Source: a virus (taxonomy: Duplodnaviria > Caudoviricetes). Taken from it: a DNA stretch of 64,000 nt. The notes under the pieces were generated by a model. That model was not told where the DNA came from, did not search any database, and saw nothing but the letters and a program-made list of their open reading frames with translations. The translations under genes and the position numbers were made by a program. Shown here piece by piece: positions 18,457 through 28,979 of this stretch (its first letter is position 1; each line of letters begins with the position of its first letter). The stretch lies in IMG/VR virus record IMGVR_UViG_3300021440_000022, positions 382 through 64,381 of that record; one strand, given 5' to 3'.

Positions 18457-19160
18457 GCCTTCGTCTCCGCGCGCAGGGCCTGCATCTCCAGGAACTGCTC
18501 ATACAGCTTCTCGGGCTTCAGCCTGGGGTTGAGCATGTACGAGCGGGCGGTTGCCAGCTGGCGCACCTCCTCCACGGACATGGCCTTGAGGTCGTCGAGG
18601 CTGAGCATCAGCGCCGGCGCCTTCAGCGCCTCGTGCGCGATCACGGCCACAGGCTGCGCCGGCGCCAAGTCGCCCACGTCGGCTCCACTGTCGTCGGGAT
18701 TGCCGTCTTCGAGCACCACCTGCACGAGGTCGGTGTTGCGGCTGGCCGCAAGATCCTGGCGCTCTTCGAGGTCCTGCGAAACAACAGGCGGCGTCTTCGG
18801 CCGCAACCCCGCGACCATCGCCTCAAGCTGGCGGATGCGCTCCATGGCCTGCTGGAGCACGTCCGCATGGTCACGTTCAAGCTGGGTCGGCTGGTCGGTC
18901 TGGGCGCGCTGCGCATCGGGCTGGGCGGTGGCCGCGCCGGCGGTTCCGGCCGGCGACATGGTTGCCGGGTCAAACAGCCGCCAGACGTCTGGGTGCTCGG
19001 CCAGCAGCGGCCATCTGTCGGCCGGGTAGGCCTTGACGTCTCCATGCCCGTCCCAGATAACGCCGCTGTTGGAACGGCAGTCCGGTTTCGGGCCACGGGC
19101 CGCGGGCCACACGCATTGCACCAGCACCTCGCCGGGCCTGGTCTGAGGAATCGTTCGCAT
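18453..19160 (-). CDS. Virion-associated protein with C-terminal Rho-N/HeH-like helical hairpin
   Basis: AAGGAG RBS; LKAMSVEEVRQLA...LKPEKL. Confidence 0.55.
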   Translation of the reverse strand: MRTIPQTRPGEVLVQCVWPAARGPKPDCRSNSGVIWDGHGDVKAYPADRWPLLAEHPDVWRLFDPATMSPAGTAGAATAQPDAQRAQTDQPTQLERDHADVLQQAMERIRQLEAMVAGLRPKTPPVVSQDLEERQDLAASRNTDLVQVVLEDGNPDDSGADVGDLAPAQPVAVIAHEALKAPALMLSLDDLKAMSVEEVRQLATARSYMLNPRLKPEKLYEQFLEMQALRAETKA

Positions 19161-19184
19161 CGTCAGTTCTCCTTGGGTTCTGGT

Positions 19185-19202
19185 GGGGGGCTTTCGCCCC
19201 CC
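19185..19202 (-). terminator. GC hairpin with GAAA tetraloop (weak terminator or RNA stability element)
   Basis: GGGGGGC-GAAA-GCCCCCC on the minus strand; no U tract. Confidence 0.45.
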
Positions 19203-19220
19203 GGTCTGCTCTGGTCCCGA

Positions 19221-19661
19221 TTACTTGGGCCCGTTCATGTTGCCGCCCATGATGATGTGCAGCTCGTTGTTGGCGGTCTGGCCGGCCGCCGCCGTGCCGA
19301 TCAGGAACGAGATGTAGACGTCCTTCTCGAAGGTGATCGGCTTGAACACGTAGTCAACGAGCCCCGCCGCACGGAAGGCCGTTTGGCCCGCCGCCGCGAA
19401 GTAGTCCGTCACGGCCGTGGGGCCGGCGGTGCTGTCAACCGGCCGGTACCCGACGCTATACAGCAGCGCCGTGCCCGTGTCCAAGTCGTCGTTGATCGAC
19501 CGCAGCATGCACAGCTGGAAGCCGGCCGGGCACAGGAAGTCGATGGTGTCGGCGGCCGACGGCGCGGCCGCGAGGATGCGCTTGTCGGTGATGAAGACGC
19601 CGGTACCGTCCACGCGCATGATCAGCGGCATGTTGGCCCGCAGGCCTTTGAGAGATGCCAT
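19221..19661 (-). CDS. Capsid decoration/cement protein
   Basis: 146 aa directly after the capsid gene; DDLDTGT motif. Confidence 0.6.
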   Translation of the reverse strand: MASLKGLRANMPLIMRVDGTGVFITDKRILAAAPSAADTIDFLCPAGFQLCMLRSINDDLDTGTALLYSVGYRPVDSTAGPTAVTDYFAAAGQTAFRAAGLVDYVFKPITFEKDVYISFLIGTAAAGQTANNELHIIMGGNMNGPK

Positions 19662-19742
19662 GGTGTTTTCCTCTGGCTGGTTTGGGTGAGGCGGGCCAGG
19701 TAGCCCGCCAATGCTTGGTTCCTACTCGGTTCCTGCCAGGCC

Positions 19743-21044
19743 TTACAGCGCCCGCTTCTTGACCACGGTGTCGATCACGGCCACGCCGAAGTCGGTCGGC
19801 TCCAGGTCGCCGTCCTGGTTCGGCAGGCTCCAGCGCAGCTTCTGCTCGGCGCCGATGATCTCGCCGGCAAATTCGAGGTTGCGCTTGAAGTTGGTGCGGT
19901 TCTCCAGCAGCGAGTAGGACTCCTCGCTGTACTGGTTCGATCCCGAGGCACAGGCCAGGGCCTGGGCGCCCAGGAACAGCATGCGCGAGACCTGGTGCGT
20001 GGTGGAGAGCGACGCCGACACCGTGCCCGCCGTTTCGGTCGCCGTCAGCTTGTTCGCCACCGCCACGTACTGGTAGCTGTCGCTGGCGTTGAAGCGGATG
20101 GACGTGCCGATCTTGCGGAAGAGGATCCCGCGCCACAGCAGCACCTCACCCGAGAACAGCGGGTGCGCGCGCAGATTGCCGTAGCTGGCGCGCTGGATCG
20201 CGTTCTGCTGGAAGGTGCGGATGTTGTTGCTGGTCGTGGTGTCGGTGATGAAGTCGTTCCAGGCCAGCTCATCCAGCATCAGGATGCCCTTGATCGGCTC
20301 GTCGCCGGCTGCGGGGTCGCCCGGAATCATGATCGGGGCCATGCGCGTGTGCATTTCCGCCCAGATCGCCGCGAACTCGTCGATGTGGCTCATCTTCAAC
20401 GTGTCCGTGGTGGCCATGGACGCCACCTGCAGCCCGCCCTGGGTCAGCGTGGTGCCGTTCACCACCCAGTGCCGGTTGTAGGTCGGCGCCTTCACGGTGT
20501 TGATCATCATCGACGCGAACTCGGGGTCGGTGGCCAGTGGCAGGATCCAGTCGGTGCCGTCCTGCGCGCCGCGGGCCCCAGCCATGGCCGTGTGCGCACG
20601 CTGCCACCGGAACCGCGGGATGCCTCCTTTCAACTGCGCCAGGGCGTTCTGGCGCATGCTGTGCGGGGTGCGCTGCTGCGTCATCTGGCCGCCGGCCGAG
20701 ATGGGCAGCGTGGCCATGTCGATCAGGATGTCCTGGCTGCTGTACTTCAGCGACGCGCCGCGACCCTCGGCGTTGGTGTCGCCCATCACCGGGCGCAGCT
20801 TGACGACGTGCGCGCAGTCAACCTGCACGGTGTCGCCTGGCCCCTGGCTGAGGTCGTCAACCATCACCACAGGCATGTCGGTGGTGGTCTGCTGGCGCAG
20901 CTTGCGCAGCGCCTTGTCTTCGCTGGGCATGGCGCCGCTCAACATCTTGAGCGGGGTCGGAGCCCGAACGGCCATCGCAGCCAGCGCTTTGCTGTACTGC
21001 TTGTTTGCCAGCGGCGAGCCGCTGGGGATGCTTGTGGTAGACAT
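19743..21044 (-). CDS. Major capsid protein (N4-gp56/DUF4043 family)
   Basis: DLSQGPGDTV, PVMGD..AEGRG..L, AGGQMTQQRT, HPLFSG..LWRGIL, LFLGAQALA, DFGV.VIDT. Confidence 0.9.
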   Translation of the reverse strand: MSTTSIPSGSPLANKQYSKALAAMAVRAPTPLKMLSGAMPSEDKALRKLRQQTTTDMPVVMVDDLSQGPGDTVQVDCAHVVKLRPVMGDTNAEGRGASLKYSSQDILIDMATLPISAGGQMTQQRTPHSMRQNALAQLKGGIPRFRWQRAHTAMAGARGAQDGTDWILPLATDPEFASMMINTVKAPTYNRHWVVNGTTLTQGGLQVASMATTDTLKMSHIDEFAAIWAEMHTRMAPIMIPGDPAAGDEPIKGILMLDELAWNDFITDTTTSNNIRTFQQNAIQRASYGNLRAHPLFSGEVLLWRGILFRKIGTSIRFNASDSYQYVAVANKLTATETAGTVSASLSTTHQVSRMLFLGAQALACASGSNQYSEESYSLLENRTNFKRNLEFAGEIIGAEQKLRWSLPNQDGDLEPTDFGVAVIDTVVKKRAL

Positions 21045-21075
21045 TTCTCGGTCCTGTAAAAGGACCCCGCTTCAC

Positions 21076-22095
21076 CTATGGTCCGAGGGACGCCATGATC
21101 TCTTCGTCGGTCATGCCGTCACGCACCATTTGGCGGAAGTCGGGGATGGTTGAATGGCTGGGTGCACTCCCCCCGCGCATGTCGCCGATCGTCACCGGCG
21201 CGGCCGATGCCGGGATGGCATCGATCACGCGCTTGGCATCGCCAGCGGTTGCGGGGGCTTTCGGAGCCGGCGCCTGGGCACCGGTGAAGTCCGCTTTCAC
21301 ACGCCTGACCACCTCTTCGAGGCGCTCCTTGTCGGGCTTGCCCGCCCAAGACGGCATGACCGCCAGCAGGTCGTCCATCTTCTTCGCGGCGTCCCACAGC
21401 TTCGCGTGCTGGGCGCTGTTCTGCCAGTCGCTGAGCTCGTCGATGGAATCGACTACCTCCTGCAGGGCCGCGTCGGGGATCTCTTCGGGCGTGAAAACAG
21501 TATCGCCAGGCTTCGTGCCCGACGTGGTCTGGACCTTTGCCGCCAGTTCTGCGGTCGTCCGCTCAAGCTCGGCGATGTACTCGGCCGCGGGTGCCGCGTA
21601 GGCCTCCACGTCCCTCATCACGTCGTCGCTCGGGCGCTTGGCTTTCGCGTCCTGCGGCTGAGCCTGCCTGCGGAATCCTTCGAGTTCGGTGCGGGCCTTT
21701 TCAAGCTCGGCGCGGAGTTTTCGCTCCTCCCGCCGAGAAGCCCGCAAAGCTGCCCTGGCATCACCACCTTCCGGCTGGCTTGTGGCCTGAGCGGTTGCTG
21801 GTGCTTGCGCTGCTGGTGCTGCTGCAGCGGTAGCCTGGGCGGCGGCCTGTGGCGCCGGCGCGGCACTTGTCGAACCTTCCGCCGCCGCGGGTGCCGCTGC
21901 TGGCGCCGCAACTGCTTGCGCAGTTGCCGGTGCCGGCGTGGCCGCCGTTGCAGTGGTTTGGCCCAACGCTTCGTTGGTGCGCGCTTCTTCCTCGGCCTCC
22001 TTGAGCATGGTCGCGTCGAGATCGGCCTGCTCGCGCATTGCCGTCTCCAAAAGCTGCTGCTCTTCCTTGCTGAACTCTGCTGAACTGTCAAGCAT
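21076..22095 (-). CDS. Scaffolding protein
   Basis: Acidic, Ala-rich coiled coil between portal and capsid genes. Confidence 0.75.
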   Translation of the reverse strand: MLDSSAEFSKEEQQLLETAMREQADLDATMLKEAEEEARTNEALGQTTATAATPAPATAQAVAAPAAAPAAAEGSTSAAPAPQAAAQATAAAAPAAQAPATAQATSQPEGGDARAALRASRREERKLRAELEKARTELEGFRRQAQPQDAKAKRPSDDVMRDVEAYAAPAAEYIAELERTTAELAAKVQTTSGTKPGDTVFTPEEIPDAALQEVVDSIDELSDWQNSAQHAKLWDAAKKMDDLLAVMPSWAGKPDKERLEEVVRRVKADFTGAQAPAPKAPATAGDAKRVIDAIPASAAPVTIGDMRGGSAPSHSTIPDFRQMVRDGMTDEEIMASLGP

Positions 22096-22278
22096 TTTCG
22101 GTCTTCCTTTGCCTCACTTACGGGGGATGCAACCCGAGGCGGTTTCCCGCCGCCGTCCCTGATACGCGCTTTGCCGGCGGACGAGTCCGGCATCGCGGCT
22201 ACCACTTGCTACGCGTTGCAGGCCAGTGGCCACGCCTGCAACGGCTTCGGTGCCCGGATTGTGGGGCACCTTGAACTC

Positions 22279-24405
22279 TCAGGCCGCGAGGGCCTCCTGA
22301 ATCGAATCGTCGATGGCCCGGTCCGGGTCCTGCTCTCCAGGCTGGTCCGTCTCGCGCTGCTGCAGATCCTGCTGGACCTCGTTCATGCCCATCTCGTGAC
22401 CGATCTGCACGGACTTGGCGTTGTTGAGCTCGGTCTCGGACTTGGTCTTCTCGACCTTAGCCGCCTTGTCCTGCATGTCCAGCTGCGCCGCGGCTTCTGC
22501 CAGCTGCTGCTGTTTCTCGGCCTGAGCGCGCCCGGCCTCTTCCATCTGCTGGGCCCGCTGCTTGTCGCCGGCCGTGGGCTGGCCTGACAGGCGGCGGATG
22601 TCGTCGGCGACCTCCTGCCGGTTCTGGATGTCGGTGGACTCGACGAAGATCGGCGTCAGCACGGCCACGGCCTGCGGGTTATTGGCCAGGGCGTTGATGA
22701 TGGTGGCGATCTGCTGCTGCTGCTGCATGCGGTAGGCCGGCGTGTTCGGCACCTCGCCCAGGCCCACGCGCAGCGGCGCGTCGGCGACGTTGTTGGCGAT
22801 CGTCAGGTTCTGCGGGTCCCACTGGTTGAGCACCACCACCCGGCGGTTGCTGCCGGTGCCGACCTTGACCGGGATCTCCCCGTTCTCGTGGTCCTCGACG
22901 ATGAGGTCCATCAGGTTCTCGAACACCAGGCGGCGCGAGTGCCGGTAGTTGTCGTTCAGGTCGCCCATGCTCACGGCGCCCTGCTCGATCAGCAGGCTGT
23001 TGGCGATCCCGCTCGTCACACCCGCCGCCGGCTGGCCCAGCTGCGAGCCGTAGACGCCTGGAACGTCCTGGATCAGCTGCTTCGCGTCCTGCATGACGTC
23101 CACCTGCTCGCGCTGCAGCTGCAGGTTGTTCAGCACCTGGAAGCCGTTGGCGTTGCGGCGGTCCCCCCGCAGCACCACCGTCATGTCCGGGCGCATGATC
23201 TGCTCGGCGACCTCCTTCAGGCTGTTGACCTTGGTGTCGAGGGCGTCGTTGTCCACCAGGATCTGGCGGGCCCGCAGCAGCCAGTTGATGCGCAGGCGCC
23301 TGGAGTTGTACTCGTCCTGGGGCCCGATCATCCCCTCAACCAGGCCGTACGGGCTGAAGTCTTCGTCGTCGCGGTAGGCGATGAACGGAACGTAGGGGAA
23401 GTTGCGCTTCTTCGTTCCCAGGTCCTGCAGCCGATGTGGGCCCGCGAACAGAGACATGCGGATCTGGTGGGTCAGTTCCTTCGTGACGCGCACCTGCTGG
23501 CTGGCCACGGCCTGGACGTGCGCCCGGTTCTCGGGGTTGTACAGGAGCCGTCGTGTCGGGCTCAGGTGTAGGAACACGCCCCAGGCCGGGATCTTGTACC
23601 AGACCTCGTACATTTTCACCCGGCCCCGGCCCCTGTCGTACCACTCGCTGCGCCGGCGCACGCTGCACCACACGCGATCTTCCTGCCACCGGTCCGCCAG
23701 CACGGCGCCGTCGGCGGTGTCGTCGAAGGCCAGGCTGTCCCAGCCGTTCGCCATCCTCTGCAGCAGCGCCGCGTGCTGGGGCATGCGCGCCTCCAGCTCG
23801 TCCAGGTCTTCCCAGCGCTTGCGCACCATCCACCTGGCGCCCTGCAGCAGCACGTCTCGCTTCGCGCCGGCCCAGTCCCACCACATTTCAGATCGGTGAA
23901 CCTCCTGGACGCGGTAGTTGTAGAGCCGGGGGTCGCTGTTCTTGGCCACCTCGACCCAGCCTATCCCTGGCCCGACCTGGCCGAAGTAGGCCTGGCTGAC
24001 GGCCATGTCGGCGTAGCACTCGCGCTGCGCCTCCTTTACCTTGGCGCCGAAGAAGTCGATCAGGTCCGAGGTGTCGTCGTCGTCGGCATCGACCTTGATG
24101 TCAGTCCTGGCCTTGGCCTCCTGGCCGCAGACGCTGCGGACGACGCGGCCCACCAGGTTAGTCGCCCGCACGTCGGGCATGTGCTCCAGGTGCAGCGCCT
24201 GCAGCTGGTCGGACGTCAGCTGCTTGCCGTCCACGTACGCGGCCGCCAAGTCGGCCCGGTCCCTCCACCCGCCCGGCTGCTCGTCGCAGTCCATCACCAT
24301 TTTCATCAGGTGGGTCAGGTTGAAACCGCCGTGGGCGAGGTCGAAAACCCCCCACCCGCTGTTCGGCGTGCTCACCTTCACAGGTTCCAGTTGGCGCTGA
24401 ATCAT
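22279..24405 (-). CDS. Portal protein (P22/933W-like)
   Basis: Start MIQRQ overlaps the TerL stop; YVDGKQ, GIGWVEV, FPYVPF, PYGLV..M..PQDEYN, GVTSGIA. Confidence 0.9.
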   Translation of the reverse strand: MIQRQLEPVKVSTPNSGWGVFDLAHGGFNLTHLMKMVMDCDEQPGGWRDRADLAAAYVDGKQLTSDQLQALHLEHMPDVRATNLVGRVVRSVCGQEAKARTDIKVDADDDDTSDLIDFFGAKVKEAQRECYADMAVSQAYFGQVGPGIGWVEVAKNSDPRLYNYRVQEVHRSEMWWDWAGAKRDVLLQGARWMVRKRWEDLDELEARMPQHAALLQRMANGWDSLAFDDTADGAVLADRWQEDRVWCSVRRRSEWYDRGRGRVKMYEVWYKIPAWGVFLHLSPTRRLLYNPENRAHVQAVASQQVRVTKELTHQIRMSLFAGPHRLQDLGTKKRNFPYVPFIAYRDDEDFSPYGLVEGMIGPQDEYNSRRLRINWLLRARQILVDNDALDTKVNSLKEVAEQIMRPDMTVVLRGDRRNANGFQVLNNLQLQREQVDVMQDAKQLIQDVPGVYGSQLGQPAAGVTSGIANSLLIEQGAVSMGDLNDNYRHSRRLVFENLMDLIVEDHENGEIPVKVGTGSNRRVVVLNQWDPQNLTIANNVADAPLRVGLGEVPNTPAYRMQQQQQIATIINALANNPQAVAVLTPIFVESTDIQNRQEVADDIRRLSGQPTAGDKQRAQQMEEAGRAQAEKQQQLAEAAAQLDMQDKAAKVEKTKSETELNNAKSVQIGHEMGMNEVQQDLQQRETDQPGEQDPDRAIDDSIQEALAA

Positions 24406-25895
24406 CAGGAATATCCCATCAGTTTCCGGTAGCCGTCGATGTCCAAACCCACCTGCGACGACGTAGATTCTAGGATGGACGCCCCCTCGCCGGCTCCCAG
24501 CACCATGTACTGCCCGGCCTCGCATGGGTGCGAGTATTTGTTCTTGTCCGGCAAATCACGCCATCTTTCATCGCCAGCGACCTTCACGCGTTTGTACGCG
24601 TAGCCACCCTGCAGGCCCTTGCGCGTGACCTCGCACTGGGGGTGGATGAGAAACCCGGGCTGGCCATCCCGGAACCTTCGCATGGGCGCCGCGAACGCCT
24701 CGCTGCGCAGCAGGAAGTCGTTGTTCCCTGGCGCGGGCTCGGCGGCGATGTTGTTGGCGTGCAGGATCTGGAAGGCGGTGCGCTCATCGACGTCGCCGGC
24801 CTGGCGCTGACCGCCGGCGGGGTCGCCGTAGATGCCGCGCACCGGCCATCCGTTGTAGCGCTGGTTCATGAACAGGTTCACCTCGCCCGCGAACCGGTGG
24901 ATCCCCGTGTCCTCCGTGCAGAGCTCGCTGTGCACGCGCCACTGGCCGCCGGGCGTGATCTGGCCGGCCAGCAGCGCCGGCGTGAGGCCGAAGTCGAGAC
25001 CGACGTAGATCCCCAGTTCCCGCACCAGTTCAAACTCGCGGCACATCGCCACGTCGTTGTAGTCTGGGTATACGGGCTTACCCTCGCGCACGAACCCGTA
25101 CTGGTTGGCCAGGTTGACCAGGATCCAGTCCTCGGCCTTCCCCTCCATACCCTCGATGTAGTAGTCCTTCGGCAGGTTCCGCAGGTTCTCCGCGTCCGGG
25201 TTCGGCCGCCACGGCGCGTTTCTGTCGGTCCGAATCAGGCCGCCAGGCTGGCGCAGGAACCTCCAGCCCTTCGGCCCGCGCATCCGCTGGCCAGTGAGCG
25301 GGTGCGGGTGGAACGTCTTCTCCGCCATGTTGTAGTACCAGTGGTCGGTGTCGGGCGCGTTCGTGTCGCCGAACATCCCGTGCCACGTCGCCGGCACCTC
25401 CTTCGGGTAGCGGCCGGTCCGCAGGTCGGCCATGCTCACAACGCCGAACGGCAGTTCCTTCGCCTCGGACAACATGATTGCCGTGGTCTGCATGCCCCGC
25501 AGCTTCTTCACGTGCTCGATGCGGTCCAGTGCCAGGAACACCATCTCGGCCAGCACGTGCGTGCGGTCCGGCAGCGCGAAGTCCAGGTAGTGGCAGGGTG
25601 GCTCGCGCCCGCCTTCCTTGAACTGGCCCAGGTCGTCGAACAGGTCGCGCCAGTCCTTTGCCGTCGTGCTCAGCAGGTCGCTGTAGGTGTTGCGCACGGC
25701 CACGATGCGGGTGCGACGCACCTTCTGGCGGTCCGGCTGCTGGTTGGTCATGATGCGGAAGCCCTTCCAGCAGCTCGCCGCCGTCTTGCCAGACCCCAGC
25801 GGCCCGCATATCAGGCACCGGCGCGTGCGGTCCCGCAGGTAGGCGTCGATCACCGGCCCCTGGGGCTTGAAGTGGAACTCGATGCGGCGCGCCAT
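24405..25895 (-). CDS. terL: Terminase large subunit
   Basis: Walker A GPLGSGKT, VRNTY, LSEAKE, DTNAP, nuclease GLDFGLTP, YGDPAG, KNKYSHPCEA.QY. Confidence 0.92.
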   Translation of the reverse strand: MARRIEFHFKPQGPVIDAYLRDRTRRCLICGPLGSGKTAASCWKGFRIMTNQQPDRQKVRRTRIVAVRNTYSDLLSTTAKDWRDLFDDLGQFKEGGREPPCHYLDFALPDRTHVLAEMVFLALDRIEHVKKLRGMQTTAIMLSEAKELPFGVVSMADLRTGRYPKEVPATWHGMFGDTNAPDTDHWYYNMAEKTFHPHPLTGQRMRGPKGWRFLRQPGGLIRTDRNAPWRPNPDAENLRNLPKDYYIEGMEGKAEDWILVNLANQYGFVREGKPVYPDYNDVAMCREFELVRELGIYVGLDFGLTPALLAGQITPGGQWRVHSELCTEDTGIHRFAGEVNLFMNQRYNGWPVRGIYGDPAGGQRQAGDVDERTAFQILHANNIAAEPAPGNNDFLLRSEAFAAPMRRFRDGQPGFLIHPQCEVTRKGLQGGYAYKRVKVAGDERWRDLPDKNKYSHPCEAGQYMVLGAGEGASILESTSSQVGLDIDGYRKLMGYS

Positions 25896-26392
25896 CACCA
25901 GACCCCGGCCGCGTAGAGCACGCGGTTCAGTTGCGCCACCAGCCGGCCCAGGGCGTAGCACATCACCTCTTCGCCGGGCATGCGCCCCAAGTCCGCGCGC
26001 CGCCACCGCGCCCAGGCCATGGCCGCGTGACCGCACTCGTGGCTGACGATCTCTCCGGGCCTGATGCGCAGGTCCTTGCAGCTCAGCCACATGTGCGCCA
26101 CCACCGCGCCATTGTGCAGCCTCGGCGTGTCGGTGGACGCGCGCGCGAACGAGCGGACCATGCCCGCGCAGTGGAAGTCATCAGGGTCTGGTGGCCAGCC
26201 CTGCTGCCTGTTGGACTCGGCCAGCCGGCGCGCGTTTCTGCAGATCCTCACCTCCACCACGGCCCGCGGGAACTCTTGCCGGTCAGGGTAGATGCGGAAG
26301 ACCCGGGCTGGCATCAGCCGATTGCGGTGCAGGACCACGTCGCGGCGCTCCAGCCGGCGCCGCTGCGGTTTCATGCGGCGCCGGTGCTTCAC
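25895..26392 (-). CDS. Small HExxH zincin-like protein
   Basis: IVSHECGH...EEVMCY; GTG start overlaps the upstream TGA. Confidence 0.6.
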   Translation of the reverse strand: MKHRRRMKPQRRRLERRDVVLHRNRLMPARVFRIYPDRQEFPRAVVEVRICRNARRLAESNRQQGWPPDPDDFHCAGMVRSFARASTDTPRLHNGAVVAHMWLSCKDLRIRPGEIVSHECGHAAMAWARWRRADLGRMPGEEVMCYALGRLVAQLNRVLYAAGVW

Positions 26393-26758
26393 AGCGCCCC
26401 CAACCAGCACGCCAGCGCGGCGACGAACACCACGAAAGCGCCAATGACCTGGGCCATAGCCGAATCTTCGGCGTCCGCTCTCAGAGCCGTTTCCATTGCA
26501 GTCGGAAAAGAGGAGCCAGGTCCTTGCATCAGCGGCCCCCGAGCATGCGAAACCGGAGCCACGCTCCATGAACCTGATTCGCCGGGATCGGCACCACCGT
26601 CACCACGGCCGTGACCGGCGCGCGCCCGCGCTTCTCCTCGGTGTCACGATCGCGCGCGTGGCGCACCAGCGCCCGCCACAGTTCGCGCCCGAACAGGAAG
26701 GCCGACGGCTGCCACTTGGCCACCTGGTGCTGGTGGCGGTAGAAGGGGCTGCGGCGGC

Positions 26759-27550
26759 TCATACCTTGCCACCTTCCGGCCCGGCCACGGCTGGCTTGAA
26801 GCGCTGGATGCGCTCGGCCAGTACGCCCGTGTACTCGGCCATCGCCTTCCGCTGGCGTAGCAGCAGCATCCTGTCAGCCTCGTCCAGCCCGTCGAACATC
26901 GGCCCGCAGATGAAAGCGCCCAGCTTCCGCCCGCGCTCGGACATTTCGTGGTGCTCCTGCACCACGCGCTGCTCATGCGGGGCCAGCCCGGGCAGCAGGA
27001 CGCCAGTGTGCGGGCCCAGTTTCGTCAGCCGTTCGACGGAATCGTCCAGAGTCTGCAGTTCGGCCAGCACCCGCATTGTGGTGGACAAGCCGACCGTGGC
27101 CAGGGCCTGCTCCACATCCATGTCGCCGCGCCCGGCACGCATGTGAAGCATCTGCGCCAGCGGCCCCCACCGTTCGGGGTGTGCCCTTGTTGATGCGGCC
27201 GCGATCAGGCACTCGTGGAAGGTGTACGGCTTCAGGCGCAACCACTTCAGCGGCGCCAACCAGGCGTTCCTCTGGTCCCCATCCCAGACCACCGGCTGGC
27301 CAGCCGGTTCGGCCGGTACAGATCCGCAGATCACGCTCTTCATCACCTTCACCACCTCATCGACCACTGGCGAGAGGCCTTCGGCAGTGGGAACCCCAGC
27401 AACCGCAAGGTCAAATAACACCAGCCTCATGGACCTGGCGTTGGCCTGCGTCTCGTCCGACACCATGATGTCCCAGCGCTTTGCAGACTGGTTCCATACC
27501 AGCAGCACCTCAACCTTTGGCGCAAATGCGTTTCTCACCGCTTCCATCAC
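26759..27550 (-). CDS. Hypothetical protein with C-terminal crAss001_48-like helical domain
   Basis: PHEQRVVQE..E...R..KL.AFI....F..L....R.LL..Q...M..Y..VL.ERI..F. Confidence 0.6.
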   Translation of the reverse strand: MMEAVRNAFAPKVEVLLVWNQSAKRWDIMVSDETQANARSMRLVLFDLAVAGVPTAEGLSPVVDEVVKVMKSVICGSVPAEPAGQPVVWDGDQRNAWLAPLKWLRLKPYTFHECLIAAASTRAHPERWGPLAQMLHMRAGRGDMDVEQALATVGLSTTMRVLAELQTLDDSVERLTKLGPHTGVLLPGLAPHEQRVVQEHHEMSERGRKLGAFICGPMFDGLDEADRMLLLRQRKAMAEYTGVLAERIQRFKPAVAGPEGGKV

Positions 27551-27650
27551 TTCCCCTTGCCGGCCCGCCTGGCCGCCTTCTTCGCCGCTGCTGCGGCCTT
27601 CTTGGCGCGGCAGGCCCGCTGCCTCCGCGCCGCCTCCGCTCGCTTCGCCT

Positions 27651-28085
27651 CTATACCAGCAGCCGCTGTATCAGGCTTTCCAGCCGGTCCGCCAGTTCGA
27701 CCATGCTCATGCGCACGTTCGCCATGTCCTGCGGCAGCTTGTCGCTTCCCACCAGGTCCTGCGCCTGGCCTGGCGATGTGCTTTGCGGTGCCGACAGCAC
27801 CCGCTCCAGCCGCCCCTCCAGGACGCCCACCAACGTGTGCAGGCTCGCCATGCCTGCGCACTGCAGGTTCAGCATGTGCTCCACCGGTGACGGCTGCGGT
27901 GGAATCTCCGGGCTGGGCTCGGGCTTGTAGAACCGATGCTGCGCGTTCTAGCCCACCAGCCGGTAGGTCTGGTCGCTGGTTTCGCACTGGGCCCTCTGGC
28001 ACGCCATGCACTGGCAGCGGCCCAGCGCTGCCGCTACATCGCCTTGCTCCACCTGCCGCTTGGGGCTCATGAGTTTGTCGTTCAT
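27651..28085 (-). pseudogene. Hypothetical gene interrupted by an in-frame TAG (27950-27948)
   Basis: AAAGGA-ATG at 28085; same frame continues into the 27651-27884 ORF. Confidence 0.4.
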
Positions 28086-28313
28086 CTCGTCCTTTCGTTG
28101 GTTTCGCGGGTGCCGCCGCGCCGGGTTTCTTCACTCGTTTGACGGCCAACGGCCGCACCGGCTGGCCAGCGTCGTCGAAGTAGATGGAGCGCTCTGCGCC
28201 CGAGGCGGCAGCCATCGCGGCAGCCACAGCCGCGTCAAGTACGCCCAGCGCGCCACCGCACCCCGCGGCAGGGTCGTGCACACGCCGGCACATCGGGCAG
28301 CGGCGCCAGGCTG

Positions 28314-28529
28314 TCACGGGCATGGCACCGGGTCCTCGTGGTCGGCGATCTGGTCGTCCAGGTCTTGCAGGCGCCAGACCATGCCAGCGTGCCGACGCAG
28401 GGCCTGCACTTGCCGCTCCCTGGGCATCGCGTCGTAGACGGGCCCGGTGATGAGCGCGTCCAGCGCCGCCGCGTCGTCGGCCAGGTCCTCGCGCAGGTAG
28501 CGCAGCATCCGCACGTTGGCGCCGCTCAC
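28314..28529 (-). CDS. Small protein, second crAss001_48-like copy
   Basis: L...AALDALITGPVYDAM.......RRHAGM....DLDDQIA. Confidence 0.45.
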   Translation of the reverse strand: MSGANVRMLRYLREDLADDAAALDALITGPVYDAMPRERQVQALRRHAGMVWRLQDLDDQIADHEDPVPCP

Positions 28530-28979
28530 CACTCGCCCCCGACGGTCGCGGTTGGGAAGCGTGGATCGAACAGCGGCTCGGCCGGCAGCGTGCCAGACCA
28601 CCACACCTCCACACCCTGGGCTCGCGCTGCCTCCGCCCGCTGGTGCTGGCGCGTCAGCCGCTCAAGCGCTCGCTGATCCCGCTCAAGCTGGCGCGCGCGC
28701 CTGGCTCGCAGCTTCGTGGCCCTGCGCTTGGCCGCGTTCGACTGCGCCCGGCTCACAGGCGCACCTCGAACGGTTGTCCTGCTCTGGCGCTGGCGCGCGC
28801 CCGCTGCACAGCAGCCCAGGCCAGTACCGCCTCGTCCATGTCGCGGCCATAGGTGGCCACGCCTGCGCCGCGGCAGCGCCATCGCTGTACGCCGATCTGC
28901 TTTGGCAGCAGCATCACCCGCGGCTTCGGCCCCGCCGGAATGGCACGTGGCCTGATCTGCTCGTCCATGGGCGTGTCCT

